Source: Tolypothrix carrinoi HA7290-LM1 (GTDB lineage Bacteria > Cyanobacteriota > Cyanobacteriia > Cyanobacteriales > Nostocaceae). Taken from it: a DNA stretch of 64,000 nt. The position numbers were made by a program, and so were the translations under genes. Where the stretch lies: the NCBI GenBank assembly GCA_019358935.1, contig JAHHIK010000039.1, positions 1 through 64,000 on the forward strand, in the 5' to 3' direction. The notes under the pieces are model-generated. The model saw only the letters and a list, made by a program, of their open reading frames with translations. It was not told the DNA's origin and searched no databases. Shown in pieces: positions 19,769 to 29,870 of this stretch (position 1 is the first letter of the stretch; each line of letters opens with the position of its first letter).

Positions 19769-22700
19769 TTATTTTTCAGCCAGCGGAAGCACAACAGTAA
19801 AAGTAGCTCCTTGTTCCTCTCCCGGGCTTGTTGCTTGTATAGTTCCTTTATGAAGCTCAACGAGGTGCTTGACGATTGAAAGCCCTAATCCCAAACCACC
19901 AAACTTGCGAGTAGTAGAGGAGTCTGCTTGCCGAAAACGGTCGAAGACATACGGCAGAAATTCCGGCTTGATGCCGTGACCTGTATCGCTTACTGTTAAG
20001 ACAACGTGAGAATTTACTTTCTCAACTGACACTTGCACTGTTCCACCTGTGGGAGTAAACTTAATAGCATTAGAAACAAGATTCCACACTACTTGTTGTA
20101 GTCTGTTCGGGTCGCCAATTATCGCACTGGGTACGTCATCTAAAACTGTTTGAAGTCGGATGTCCTTGGCTGCAACAGCGGGAACAAGAGATTCGATCGC
20201 TTTTTCAATCACCAAGTTCAGATTGACGTTTTTAACGTCGAGTCGAATTTTACCAGAAATTATCCGGCTCATGTCGAGCAAATCTTCAAGAATCTGCGCT
20301 TGCGCTTTAGAGTTTCTCTCAATAGTATCAAGCCCCTTCTCGAATTGTACCCCACTAAGTTTTCCCTTACGCAAAAGCTGACTCCAGCCGAGGATAGCGT
20401 TAAGCGGTGTGCGAATTTCGTGAGAAAGAACTGCCAAAAATTCATCTTTGAGGCGTCCGACTCGTTCGGCTTCTGTACGAGCTGCGCGTTCGCTTTCTAA
20501 AAGTGCCTCGCGTCGCTGTTCGAGTTCTTTGCGATCGCTGATATATCGAAAATTAACTGACAGTCCATCGGCAGAGGGATAAGCGTGTACCTCTACCCAC
20601 TGCTCGGAGAAAGGCGACAGTACCTCAAAGTGTACCGCAACTTGCTCGCCGACGGCTTTATAATATTGCTCTTCAAGAACGCTGCCCTTAAGTATTGGGT
20701 ATTCATCCCAAAGGACTTTTCCCAGCAGTTCAGAGCGGGTTTTACCGATGTATTCTTCACATCGCTGATTTACGTAAGTAAATCGCCATTGCCGATCTAA
20801 ACCATAAAAGGCATCTGTTACCCGTTCGAGAATAATTGCCCGTTCTTGAGCTGCTTGAACCTCCAAGCGAGAGCGGGCAGCTTCTTGCCGCAATCGAGCG
20901 GTTTCCAATGTTGCTTTGACACGAGCCAATATTTCTCTAGCGCTAAAGGGCTTAACTAAATAGTCGTCTGCTCCTGCCTCAAGTCCCTCTACACGCGATT
21001 CTTCACCCGCACGAGCCGAAAGGAGAATAAGCGGTACAGAGCGGGTACGCTGGTCTTGGCGCAGCCGAGTTAGAAGACCGAAGCCGTCAAGTTTCGGCAT
21101 CATTACATCACTCAGCACTAAGTCTGGCACTTGTTCTTGTGCTGCGGCTAAAGCTGCTTCGCCATCTGCCACGGCGATCACTTCATACTGTGTGCTTAAA
21201 AGCTTTCGCAGATATTCGCGCATATCAGCGTTATCGTCTGCCAGAAGTATGCGCGATCGCCCTCCCCCCATTGACCGATTTGCATCATCAACTTCATCCG
21301 GCAACCACCGCAGCGCTTCTTCCACAAATGCATCCGCACGAATGCTGGTTGCGGTAAGTGTGCGATCGCTTGCGATTTGGTTCAAAGGAAGGTGCTGCTT
21401 GCCACTCTTAATCGAAACGATGAAGGTACTTCCACCGCAGACGCTTTCGACGCGGACACTACCACCGTGGAGTTTGGCGAGTTCAAGGACGAGCGCTAGA
21501 CCAATTCCGCTGCCTTCGTGGGTTCGAGCTTGGGTTCCTTCAATGCGGTGAAATCGCTTAAATACGTTCTTCAGTTCAGATTGAGGAATTCCGCTGCCTG
21601 TATCTTCAATACGAAGCTCGATGTTGCCCTTGATCGCTCGTTGCTCAACTTTGATGTAACCGCGTTGCGTAAATTTCAAAGCGTTTGAAAGTAAGTTCAG
21701 GACTATCTTTTCCCACATATCCCGGTCTACATAAACCGGTTCGGATAAAGGTTGACAATCGACGATAAATTCTAAACCTGCCTTTTCAATTGCCGAGCGA
21801 AACACGCTAGCCAAGTCTGCGGTGAGTGTCGCCAAATCTGTAGGTTCATAGATGGCTTGCGTTCTACCCGCTTCAATGCGCGAGAAATCCAAAAGCGTAT
21901 TGACTAATTTTAGCAGTCTTAAACTGTTGCGGTGAGCTATGGTAATTTGTTCCCGCTGACTTGGGGAAAGCTGCCGATCGCGTAGCGCATCTTCTAACGG
22001 ACCGAGCATTAAAGTCAGCGGGGTGCGGAACTCATGACTGACATTGGAGAAAAAGGCGGTTTTTGCGCGGTCAAGTTCGGCTAGCATTTCCGCTCGTCGC
22101 CGTTCTTCTTCGTATGCTTGGGCGTTACGCACGGCGATGGATACTTGACCTACAAGGAGTTCGTAGAACGATCTGTATCCTTCGTCAAGAAAGCGGTTGG
22201 GGCTGATGCCGGCTACTAAAACGCCAAGCGGTTCTGTTTGAGTTGATGAAGCGATCGGCATGACGAGTGCAGCACGGGTAGGTTCGTTCCAGGGACCACC
22301 CGGTAGCAAGAATAAGCTATCTACACCTTCAATTAAAACTGTTTCACCCGCAGCAACTCGCGCCAGCGACCAGATATCACTTTCTGGTTCGGTAATATTA
22401 AAGACTAAACTAAGAAGCGCTTCAGAGGGCATTTTTACTTTACCACAAAGCCGGAGAGTTTTTCCATCTGGGTCGCGCAGATAAATTAGTGCAAACGGCA
22501 CATCAAGCGGGTGTTCGGCGATCGCTTTTGCCACATCTAAGCATGTTGTTTCTACACTGCGCGTCTCCCCTGCGAACGATGCCAAATCTCGGAGAAGTCG
22601 TAACCTGCGATCGCCCAATATCTGCTGAGTGACTTCGCTACACACGCAAAACATCCCGACAATTTCTCCAGAATCGTCCTCGGCGGGTGCGTGAGAAAGG

Positions 22701-23095
22701 CTAAAATAAGATTCTTCACGATAGCCTGAACGTTCTAAAACAAGCATCTGTGCCGGAACCCAGTTCGCTACCCCTGTTACCATCACTTCTTCAATCATCG
22801 GACCTAGCGTATCCCACGCTTCCGCGAGGGTAATTCTAATATCCGTACCCAGTGCGGCGGGATGCTTGTCACCGATAATTTGAGAATAGGCATCGTTATA
22901 AAACTGAATCAGATTCGGTCCCCATATCAGAATCATTGGATACCGTGATGTCAGTAAAATACTCACGGTGCTTTTCAGGCTTTGCGACCATGTATCTATC
23001 GAACCGACAGGTGTGTTTGCCCAATCGAAAGTACGCATCCGCGCTTTCATCTCACCGAGTCCGGGGAAGGGGTCTGTTTTATGCCCGTCCTTCAT
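19769..23095 (-). CDS. Hybrid sensor kinase: PAS-like/GAF-HisKA-HATPase-REC-PAS-HisKA-HATPase
   Basis: Two H-boxes ([20 protein letters not shown]), two N/G-box sets, REC LLADDN..SDVMMP..KPF. Confidence 0.92.
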   Translation of the reverse strand: MKDGHKTDPFPGLGEMKARMRTFDWANTPVGSIDTWSQSLKSTVSILLTSRYPMILIWGPNLIQFYNDAYSQIIGDKHPAALGTDIRITLAEAWDTLGPMIEEVMVTGVANWVPAQMLVLERSGYREESYFSLSHAPAEDDSGEIVGMFCVCSEVTQQILGDRRLRLLRDLASFAGETRSVETTCLDVAKAIAEHPLDVPFALIYLRDPDGKTLRLCGKVKMPSEALLSLVFNITEPESDIWSLARVAAGETVLIEGVDSLFLLPGGPWNEPTRAALVMPIASSTQTEPLGVLVAGISPNRFLDEGYRSFYELLVGQVSIAVRNAQAYEEERRRAEMLAELDRAKTAFFSNVSHEFRTPLTLMLGPLEDALRDRQLSPSQREQITIAHRNSLRLLKLVNTLLDFSRIEAGRTQAIYEPTDLATLTADLASVFRSAIEKAGLEFIVDCQPLSEPVYVDRDMWEKIVLNLLSNALKFTQRGYIKVEQRAIKGNIELRIEDTGSGIPQSELKNVFKRFHRIEGTQARTHEGSGIGLALVLELAKLHGGSVRVESVCGGSTFIVSIKSGKQHLPLNQIASDRTLTATSIRADAFVEEALRWLPDEVDDANRSMGGGRSRILLADDNADMREYLRKLLSTQYEVIAVADGEAALAAAQEQVPDLVLSDVMMPKLDGFGLLTRLRQDQRTRSVPLILLSARAGEESRVEGLEAGADDYLVKPFSAREILARVKATLETARLRQEAARSRLEVQAAQERAIILERVTDAFYGLDRQWRFTYVNQRCEEYIGKTRSELLGKVLWDEYPILKGSVLEEQYYKAVGEQVAVHFEVLSPFSEQWVEVHAYPSADGLSVNFRYISDRKELEQRREALLESERAARTEAERVGRLKDEFLAVLSHEIRTPLNAILGWSQLLRKGKLSGVQFEKGLDTIERNSKAQAQILEDLLDMSRIISGKIRLDVKNVNLNLVIEKAIESLVPAVAAKDIRLQTVLDDVPSAIIGDPNRLQQVVWNLVSNAIKFTPTGGTVQVSVEKVNSHVVLTVSDTGHGIKPEFLPYVFDRFRQADSSTTRKFGGLGLGLSIVKHLVELHKGTIQATSPGEEQGATFTVVLPLAEK

Positions 23096-23427
23096 ACCTA
23101 TTCTTTTTCCTTCCCTTTATTCATTTGATAGTTTTTACTTAAAAAGTGACGCTTGATACACGCTGCTGAAGTAGATACAGTTTTTTGCGGATGACTTCGT
23201 TTGCCCAATTGCAGTTACCTGACTCTACAACCGAGGCGATAAATTTATTAAATTCCGGAGTTAATGATTCGTTGAATTTTGTAGGTTGAATAATCACACT
23301 ATATTAAGCTTTTTGGAGAAATTACCAAGTATCTCCCAATCTGATTATGACACAAATCAAATGCTTACTACAAGCTACATTCACGGAAGAATGCATCTAA
23401 ATTTAATCCACAATCCTAAGTTCCTAT

Positions 23428-23629
23428 ATTAAATTCGGACAGTCGTTGATTGAATTCGGGCAGTCGTTGATTAAATTCGGACAGTCGTTGATTGAATTCG
23501 GGCAGTCGTTGATTAAATTCGGACAGTCGTTTACTGAATTCGGGCAGTCGTTGATTGAATTCGGGCAGTCGTTGATTGAATTCGGGCAGTCGTTGATTGA
23601 ATTCGGGCAGTCGTTGATTGAATTCGGGG
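23428..23629. repeat. 21-nt tandem repeat, 9 full units plus a partial (ATTGAATTCGGGCAGTCGTTG)
   Basis: Direct periodicity; first units alternate two variants. Confidence 0.95.
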
Positions 23630-23808
23630 AACCACCCTAAATTTCAGGTTTTGCATTTTATTTGAGCGAGGTTCCTTAGCAGTAGTAGAAGTACGCCGCT
23701 CAAATTTACTACATTAGTTGAAATTTCTTTTCTACCCTTGGGAGGAAGAAATAGGATTTGCAGTTGTGTGATAAAAAATAGGCGGTACATAGTCAGCCTT
23801 TTTTGATA

Positions 23809-26808
23809 ATGCCAGACGCGGAAAAGTTCCAAAACCAGTTGGCTGATAATTTGTTATCGTTGCACCAGCAGATAAATAAACAAGCGAATTACTCGATGGT
23901 CGCAACTGTTGAAGAAGGAATGGTGCTGCAACTTGCTGATGGTAGTATCCAAGCTGGCAATACCGCTTGTGAGCGCATTCTTGGACTGACTGCCGAGCAG
24001 CTGATGGGACGGACTTCGGTGGATCATCCTTGGCAATCGATTCATGAAGATGGCTCTCCTTTCTGGCGTGAGACTCACCCAGCGATGGTAGCATTGCAAA
24101 CAGGAAAGCCATGTTTGAATGTGGTGATGGGTTTGTATAAGCCAAATGGTCAGCTAGTCTGGCTATTGCTGAACTCACAACCTTTATTTTTGGCTGGAGT
24201 CACAAAACCCTACGCTGTTGTGACAACTTTTTCTGAGATAAAAAAATCGGCTGTCTCAAGACACCAGGCAGCAAGTATATCTGAACAAGATAGAGAAATT
24301 GGCTTGCGACATAACGAACAATTTGAGCTAGCAGCGGTTAATTGCCTATTTTACGATTGGGAGATTTCACGCGGTACTGTAGAAAGAACTCAAGGTTTGA
24401 CTGCGCTTTTGGGATACACTCAACAAGAAGCCTCACCGACGCAAGAATGGTGGCAGCAGCTTGTGCATCCGGATGACTTGCAACGAGTTGATGAGGAATT
24501 TAAAATCAGTTTAGCAAAAGGCGATCGCTATAAAATTGAGTACCGGGTGCGTCATAAAGATGGTCGTTATGTGTGGCTGCAAGATCGAGGATTTGTTGAG
24601 CGGGATGCAGATAATCGTTTGGTGAGGATAGTTGGCATTATAATTGACATTAGCGATCGCAAAAAAACCGAAGCAGATTTACAACAAAGTGAAGAACGCA
24701 TTCGGCTTGCAACCACAGCGGCTAATCTCGGTATGTGGTTTTGGGATCTAACCACCGATGAGTTAATTTGGACTTCTAAGTGTAAACAACTGTTTGGATT
24801 TCCACCTGACACCACAATTACTTACGAGCTTTTTCTGAATACTTTGCATCCAGAAGACCGGCAACGCACCGATGAAGCTGTTAGTAGCGCTCTTGCCCGA
24901 AAGTTAGATTATGATATACAATACCGTGCTGTTTGGGCTGATAAAAGCGTGCATTGGCTTGCGGCTAAAGGTCGAGGCTTTTATGATGTTTTTGACAAGC
25001 CAATACGCATGATGGGAACAGTTCAAGATATTAGCGAACGCAAGCAAGCTGAAGAAACTCTGCGTCAAAGTGAAGAACGCTACCGTTTCTTAGCTGATAC
25101 TATTCCAGAAATGGTCTGGACAACTAATGCTGAAGGTGAGGTAACTTACGTAAATCAGCGTTGGCAAGAATACACCGGGTTAAATTTAGAGGAAACTGCT
25201 GGCTACGGCTGGAGAAAAGTACTGCATCCGGATGACTTGGAAAAATCTGCACAATTGTGGACACAAGCACTCTCAAACGGTACACCTTACGAAATTGAAC
25301 ATCGTTATCTGAGAGTTGCTGATGGCACATATCGTTGGCATTTAGTACGAGGTTTACCGATAAAAGACGACCAAGGACGCATCATCAAATGGTTTGGCAC
25401 TTGTACAGATATTCATCAGCAAAAACAAATCGATGAAGAACGTGCCCAAATTTTAGAGCGAGAAAAAGCCGCTCGTCTGGAAGCAGAAGCAGCTAACCGC
25501 ATCAAAGATGAGTTTCTTGCCGTACTTTCTCACGAATTGCGATCGCCTCTCAATCCGATTTTAGGATGGGCAAAGTTACTTAAAAGCCGCAAGTTTGATG
25601 AAGCAGCGACATTTCGGGCTTTGGATACCATCGAACGCAATGCGAAATTGCAGATTCAACTAATTGATGACTTGCTGGATGTCTCCCGCATACTGCGAGG
25701 TAAACTATGTTTGAATTTTGCTGCCTTTGATTTAGCAGTTGTAATTAATGCCGCAATCGAAACAGTCAAATTGGCTGCACAAGACAAATCTATCGAAACA
25801 CATCTGCAAATTGAACCGAATGTAGGTAAAGTTTTGTGTGATTTCAATCGCTTGCAGCAAGTCGTCGGCAATTTGCTGAATAATGCCGTTAAATTTACCC
25901 CCGCAGGGGGACGAATTGATATTAGGTTGTCGGTGGGCAGGGGGCAGGGGGGAGGGGGACAAGGGGGACAAGGGGGACAAGGGGGACAAGGGAGGCAAGG
26001 GGGACAAGGGGGACAAGGGGGACAAGGGGAGGACACTTCTGTGCGTATTTTCCCCCCCGTTAAGGAACGTGTCCGTGGACAAGGAGGAATTTCTCCCTTG
26101 TCTCCCCCCTCCCCCCCTCTCCCCCTCCCCCACTCCACCTATGCCCAAATCACCGTTACCGACACGGGTAAGGGGATTTCCAGTGAATTTCTGCCCCACG
26201 TTTTTGAATATTTTCGCCAAGCAGATAGCAGCACTACCCGGAATCATGGAGGGCTGGGGCTGGGTTTGTCGATTGTTCGCCATCTGGTAGAGTTACATGG
26301 CGGCACTGTGACGGCTGAAAGTGCAGGAGAAGGAAAAGGGGCGACTTTTATTGTGAGATTGCCTTTAATCGAGGAAAGCAGCAAACAAGAGAAGGAAAAT
26401 AAGACAGAGGCAGAGAATGTTAACTCCTTACCTCTGGCAGGAATACGAATATTGTTAGTTGATGATGAGATAGATACACGCGAGTTAATGAGCTTTTTGC
26501 TACAACAGCATGGAGCGACTGTAAGTGAAACTTCATCGGCAAGTGAGGCGCTAAAAGCGTTTGCGGAATCGCCGCCAGATATATTACTGAGTGATTTAGG
26601 AATGCCAGTGGTGGATGGCTACAGTTTAATTAGTCAAATCAGATCGATGTCTCCCAAACAAGGCGGAGAAATTCCGGCGATCGCTCTTAGCGCTTATGCT
26701 GGAGAAAGCGATCGCGATCGGGCATTTGCCGCAGGTTTCCAAAAGCACCTCGCAAAGCCAGTAGAACCGACGGAATTACTCGCTTTGATTGTAGATTTGC
26801 TTGGGTAA
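23809..26808 (+). CDS. Multi-PAS hybrid histidine kinase with C-terminal REC
   Basis: Four PAS/PAC domains (HPDD/HPED), LSHELRSPL, NAVKFT, DTGKGI, LLVDDE...SDLGMP...KP. Confidence 0.93.
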   Translation: MPDAEKFQNQLADNLLSLHQQINKQANYSMVATVEEGMVLQLADGSIQAGNTACERILGLTAEQLMGRTSVDHPWQSIHEDGSPFWRETHPAMVALQTGKPCLNVVMGLYKPNGQLVWLLLNSQPLFLAGVTKPYAVVTTFSEIKKSAVSRHQAASISEQDREIGLRHNEQFELAAVNCLFYDWEISRGTVERTQGLTALLGYTQQEASPTQEWWQQLVHPDDLQRVDEEFKISLAKGDRYKIEYRVRHKDGRYVWLQDRGFVERDADNRLVRIVGIIIDISDRKKTEADLQQSEERIRLATTAANLGMWFWDLTTDELIWTSKCKQLFGFPPDTTITYELFLNTLHPEDRQRTDEAVSSALARKLDYDIQYRAVWADKSVHWLAAKGRGFYDVFDKPIRMMGTVQDISERKQAEETLRQSEERYRFLADTIPEMVWTTNAEGEVTYVNQRWQEYTGLNLEETAGYGWRKVLHPDDLEKSAQLWTQALSNGTPYEIEHRYLRVADGTYRWHLVRGLPIKDDQGRIIKWFGTCTDIHQQKQIDEERAQILEREKAARLEAEAANRIKDEFLAVLSHELRSPLNPILGWAKLLKSRKFDEAATFRALDTIERNAKLQIQLIDDLLDVSRILRGKLCLNFAAFDLAVVINAAIETVKLAAQDKSIETHLQIEPNVGKVLCDFNRLQQVVGNLLNNAVKFTPAGGRIDIRLSVGRGQGGGGQGGQGGQGGQGRQGGQGGQGGQGEDTSVRIFPPVKERVRGQGGISPLSPPSPPLPLPHSTYAQITVTDTGKGISSEFLPHVFEYFRQADSSTTRNHGGLGLGLSIVRHLVELHGGTVTAESAGEGKGATFIVRLPLIEESSKQEKENKTEAENVNSLPLAGIRILLVDDEIDTRELMSFLLQQHGATVSETSSASEALKAFAESPPDILLSDLGMPVVDGYSLISQIRSMSPKQGGEIPAIALSAYAGESDRDRAFAAGFQKHLAKPVEPTELLALIVDLLG
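25935..26137 (+). repeat. In-frame (GGGGGACAA)n / CTCCCC-rich composite repeat in the HATPase domain
   Basis: Encodes (GQG)n...ISPLSPPSPPLPLP between the N and G1 boxes. Confidence 0.85.
26029..26076 (+). mobile_element. 48-nt structured repeat element inserted in frame
   Basis: GAGGACAC...GTGTCCGT; excision restores the GGGGGACAA unit exactly. Confidence 0.8.
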
Positions 26809-26942
26809 TGGGGAATGAGGAATGGGGAATGGGGAGTGGGGAGTGGGGAGTGGGGAGTGGTTTTTTTCCCGTTCCCGATTACCAATTACCAATTACCAAT
26901 TACCAATTACCAATTACCAATTACCAATTACCCATTACCAAT
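26803..26942. repeat. STRR tracts (GGGGAAT/GGGGAGT then CCAATTA)
   Basis: Heptamer periodicity between the kinase and tmk. Confidence 0.85.
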
Positions 26943-26962
26943 TAGCAATTTATAAAAAAAGC

Positions 26963-27598
26963 ATGAATGGTAGATTAATCGTATTTGAAGGGGTGGAAGG
27001 TTGTGGCAAAACTAGCCAAATGCAACTTTGTCAAGAGTGGTTGCACTCGTATGGTATTTCAGTTGTGGTTACTCGTGAACCTGGGGGAACTGCTTTAGGT
27101 TTGGATTTGCGACGCTTGTTGTTAAAAGCAGAAAATAAAACAATATTTAACACCACAGAATTATTATTGTATGCTGCTGATAGGGCGCAACATGTTGAAG
27201 AAGAATTAAAACCGAATCTCGAAAAAGGTAATATTATCTTGTGCGATCGCTATACTGATTCGACTATCGCTTATCAAGGTTACGGTCGCGGTTTGGATAT
27301 AAATTTAATTAAACAGCTTAATTTAATTGCGACTGGTGGGTTAGAAAGCGATATTACCTTATGGCTTGATGTCGATATTGAAGTGGGATTAAGCCGCAAA
27401 CGCGCGGCGGGCGAAATTGCTGATAGAATTGAACTTGAGGCGATCGCTTTTCATCGTCGCATCCAAGAAGGATACGCTCAACTGCAAGCATCCCAAGATA
27501 AAATTGTCCGCATAGATGCTAGCTTAACTAAAGAAGCTGTGCAAAGAATGATTCAGACAACTTTAAGCGATCGCTTGAAAGCTTGGGATTATGTATAA
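26963..27598 (+). CDS. tmk: Thymidylate kinase
   Basis: FEGVEGCGKTSQ, TREPGG, CDRYTDSTIAYQGYGRG. Confidence 0.96.
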   Translation: MNGRLIVFEGVEGCGKTSQMQLCQEWLHSYGISVVVTREPGGTALGLDLRRLLLKAENKTIFNTTELLLYAADRAQHVEEELKPNLEKGNIILCDRYTDSTIAYQGYGRGLDINLIKQLNLIATGGLESDITLWLDVDIEVGLSRKRAAGEIADRIELEAIAFHRRIQEGYAQLQASQDKIVRIDASLTKEAVQRMIQTTLSDRLKAWDYV

Positions 27599-27624
27599 TT
27601 TTCATCACCAATGCCCCATGCCCT

Positions 27625-28551
27625 ATGCCCAATGACCCATTCGCACAACTTGTAGGACAACAGCAAGCAGTAGAATTACTGACTCAAGCTGTCAAACAAA
27701 ATAGAGTTGCACCGGCTTATCTTTTTGTCGGTTCGGAGGGTGTGGGACGCAGTTTAGCAGCGCGGTGCTTTGCAGAATTGCTGTTTTCTCATTCTGTAGA
27801 AACGAATCGTTTGCGTCAAGAAAATCATCCAGATTTATTCTGGGTACAGCCAACTTACCAGTATCAAGGACAACGATTAACACCACAAGAAGCGGCAGAA
27901 AAAAAACTGAAGCGCAAAGCACCACCTATAATTAGGTTAGAGCAAATTCGCGAAGTTACGCAATTTCTCAGCCGTCCGCCGATACTTGCGCCAAGAAATG
28001 TGGTAGTTTTAGAGCAAGCAGAAACAATGGCGGAAGCTGCGGCAAACGCTTTGCTGAAGACTTTGGAAGAACCAGGACAAGCGACGCTGATTTTAATTGC
28101 ACCTTCAGTTGAGTCTGTGTTGCCGACTTTAGTTTCACGCTGTCAACGCATTCCTTTTTATCGTTTGGATGCAGTGTCTTTGGCTCAGGTTCTCAGGCAA
28201 ACAGGGCATGAGGAAATTTTACAGCATGAGGCGGTGTTAAGTATAGCATCTGGCAGTCCGGGGGAAGCGATCGCATCTTTCGAGCAATTGCAAGTTATCC
28301 CTAATAAGTTACTCGAATCTTTGACAACAGCCCCAAAAACTTACCTCAATGCTTTAAAATTGGCGAAAGAAATTGATGATTTAGATACAGAGGCTCAACT
28401 GTGGTTAATTGATTATTTGCAGCAGTTGTATTGGCAGCGATCGCATCAACCAAGTATTATTAATTGCTTAGAGCAAGCGCGTAAATATCTACTTTGTTAC
28501 GCTCAACCGCGCTTAGTTTGGGAATGTACTTTGATAGCGATGAAAAATTAA
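27625..28551 (+). CDS. holB: DNA polymerase III delta' subunit
   Basis: AYLFVGSEGVGR, HPDL, AANALLKTLEEP, LPTLVSRCQ; tmk-holB synteny. Confidence 0.94.
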   Translation: MPNDPFAQLVGQQQAVELLTQAVKQNRVAPAYLFVGSEGVGRSLAARCFAELLFSHSVETNRLRQENHPDLFWVQPTYQYQGQRLTPQEAAEKKLKRKAPPIIRLEQIREVTQFLSRPPILAPRNVVVLEQAETMAEAAANALLKTLEEPGQATLILIAPSVESVLPTLVSRCQRIPFYRLDAVSLAQVLRQTGHEEILQHEAVLSIASGSPGEAIASFEQLQVIPNKLLESLTTAPKTYLNALKLAKEIDDLDTEAQLWLIDYLQQLYWQRSHQPSIINCLEQARKYLLCYAQPRLVWECTLIAMKN

Positions 28552-28585
28552 GATAAGTATACTTTCAATATTCTCAGAATATTAT

Positions 28586-28996
28586 ATGAGAACGCCAAAA
28601 GAAGTCCTGACAATTTGGGTTGATGCATTGAATGCGCGGAATGCTGATGAAGCAGCTGTATTATATCATGACGATGCAATTAATATTCAGGTAGCGGCTG
28701 ATGCTCCATTACATGGAAAGCAAGCAATCTTAGAAAATTTCATCGAGTTCTTCCAGGCTTTTCCTGACAATTATAGCCATGTTGAAAATTTATTTGAAGA
28801 TGGAGAGTGGGCAATTATCGAGTGGAATGGTGGAGGAACATTTCTAGGAGAATTTGCGGGAATACCTCCCACAGGCAAAAAATATACTCTACGTGGTTGT
28901 GGTTTCTTTCACATTACAAATGGAAAAATACGTTTCCAACGTGGTTACTGGGATAAATTAACCTGGTTTGAGCAAATAGGTATTACTGTAAATTAG
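28586..28996 (+). CDS. SnoaL/NTF2-like ester cyclase family protein
   Basis: AFPD, GEFAGIPPTGK, NGKI.FQRGYWD. Confidence 0.85.
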   Translation: MRTPKEVLTIWVDALNARNADEAAVLYHDDAINIQVAADAPLHGKQAILENFIEFFQAFPDNYSHVENLFEDGEWAIIEWNGGGTFLGEFAGIPPTGKKYTLRGCGFFHITNGKIRFQRGYWDKLTWFEQIGITVN

Positions 28997-29172
28997 CATA
29001 AATTGGATATTAAATAAAACATGCGATCGCTTTTCGTCAATCGCATGTTTAAATCAACAGCACATATTTTCTAACTGGTAAAGCAAGGCAATTAAGTTCG
29101 CTTATCAATCTTTTTTCGATATTCTTGAGAACTTACGCATGTGTCAGACATATCTTGTGATTTGAGGGAGGA

Positions 29173-29218
29173 GTAGTGAGCAGTTGACTGCTCAATTAAG
29201 CGTTGAAACGCTTACTAC
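29173..29218. repeat. GTAG-type REP-like element, copy 1 flanking the KGG gene
   Basis: GTAGTGAGCAGTTGACTGCTC...AAGCGTTGAAACGCTTACTAC. Confidence 0.75.
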
Positions 29219-29296
29219 GAATGCTTAAGTTCTATTCTTATTGCCCTATGCTTAGTAGGAATTTATCCAAACCGCGAACTTACCGTTGCTTTATTA

Positions 29297-29536
29297 TCAG
29301 TCTTTTTTGCCACCACCGCTGTGGGAATTTTTGCCACCCTCGCGACCGATTTCAGACATATGCTCTCTATCTTGACTGGTAGTTTCCCCACCCTTGCGTC
29401 CAGCTTCACGAGCTTCTTCAGATGTAAACTCGTGAGCGGTGCCTTTCTCATGGGCAGCCTGTCCACCCTTGCTGGCAATTTCACGTTGCTTCTCATCATC
29501 CATCGAAGCAAAACCACGATTGCTTGTATCTGACAT
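29297..29536 (-). CDS. KGG-repeat stress-induced protein (Con-10/GsiB/YciG-like)
   Basis: RGFASMD..KQREIASKGG, EAREAGRKGG, MSEIGREGG. Confidence 0.92.
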   Translation of the reverse strand: MSDTSNRGFASMDDEKQREIASKGGQAAHEKGTAHEFTSEEAREAGRKGGETTSQDREHMSEIGREGGKNSHSGGGKKD

Positions 29537-29820
29537 GATATACTACTCCTTGAAACTGATTAAAGTTTTTGGTTTTTTCAGCCGAGAAAAAGTTTTACCG
29601 GCTTTTTTTCTTGGCTGATTTACTGTATTAAGTTAGCTCTCATAGTCAGCTGTATTCATGTGTCTTTTGGGAGAAAGATTTAAGTCTGAGTTTCATATTC
29701 AGATATAACCAAAGTTATAGTTACAAAATATGAAATATTCTCCCAAAAGCTGAGAAAGCAAGTTAATAGTTTACTGCCTTTCTGAAGCATTAAAATAGAT
29801 ACGTTGTGATTTGAAAACTC

Positions 29821-29867
29821 GTAGTGAGCAGTTTACTGCTCTCAAGAAGCGTTAAAACGCTTACTAC
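29821..29867. repeat. GTAG-type REP-like element, copy 2
   Basis: Near-identical to 29173-29218. Confidence 0.75.
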
Positions 29868-29870
29868 GAG

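Noticed and set aside
23732..24178. Antisense ORFs overlapping long genes (kinases, psaAB, rbcL and others)
   Set aside because: Shadow frames of well-supported genes with no recognisable motifs.
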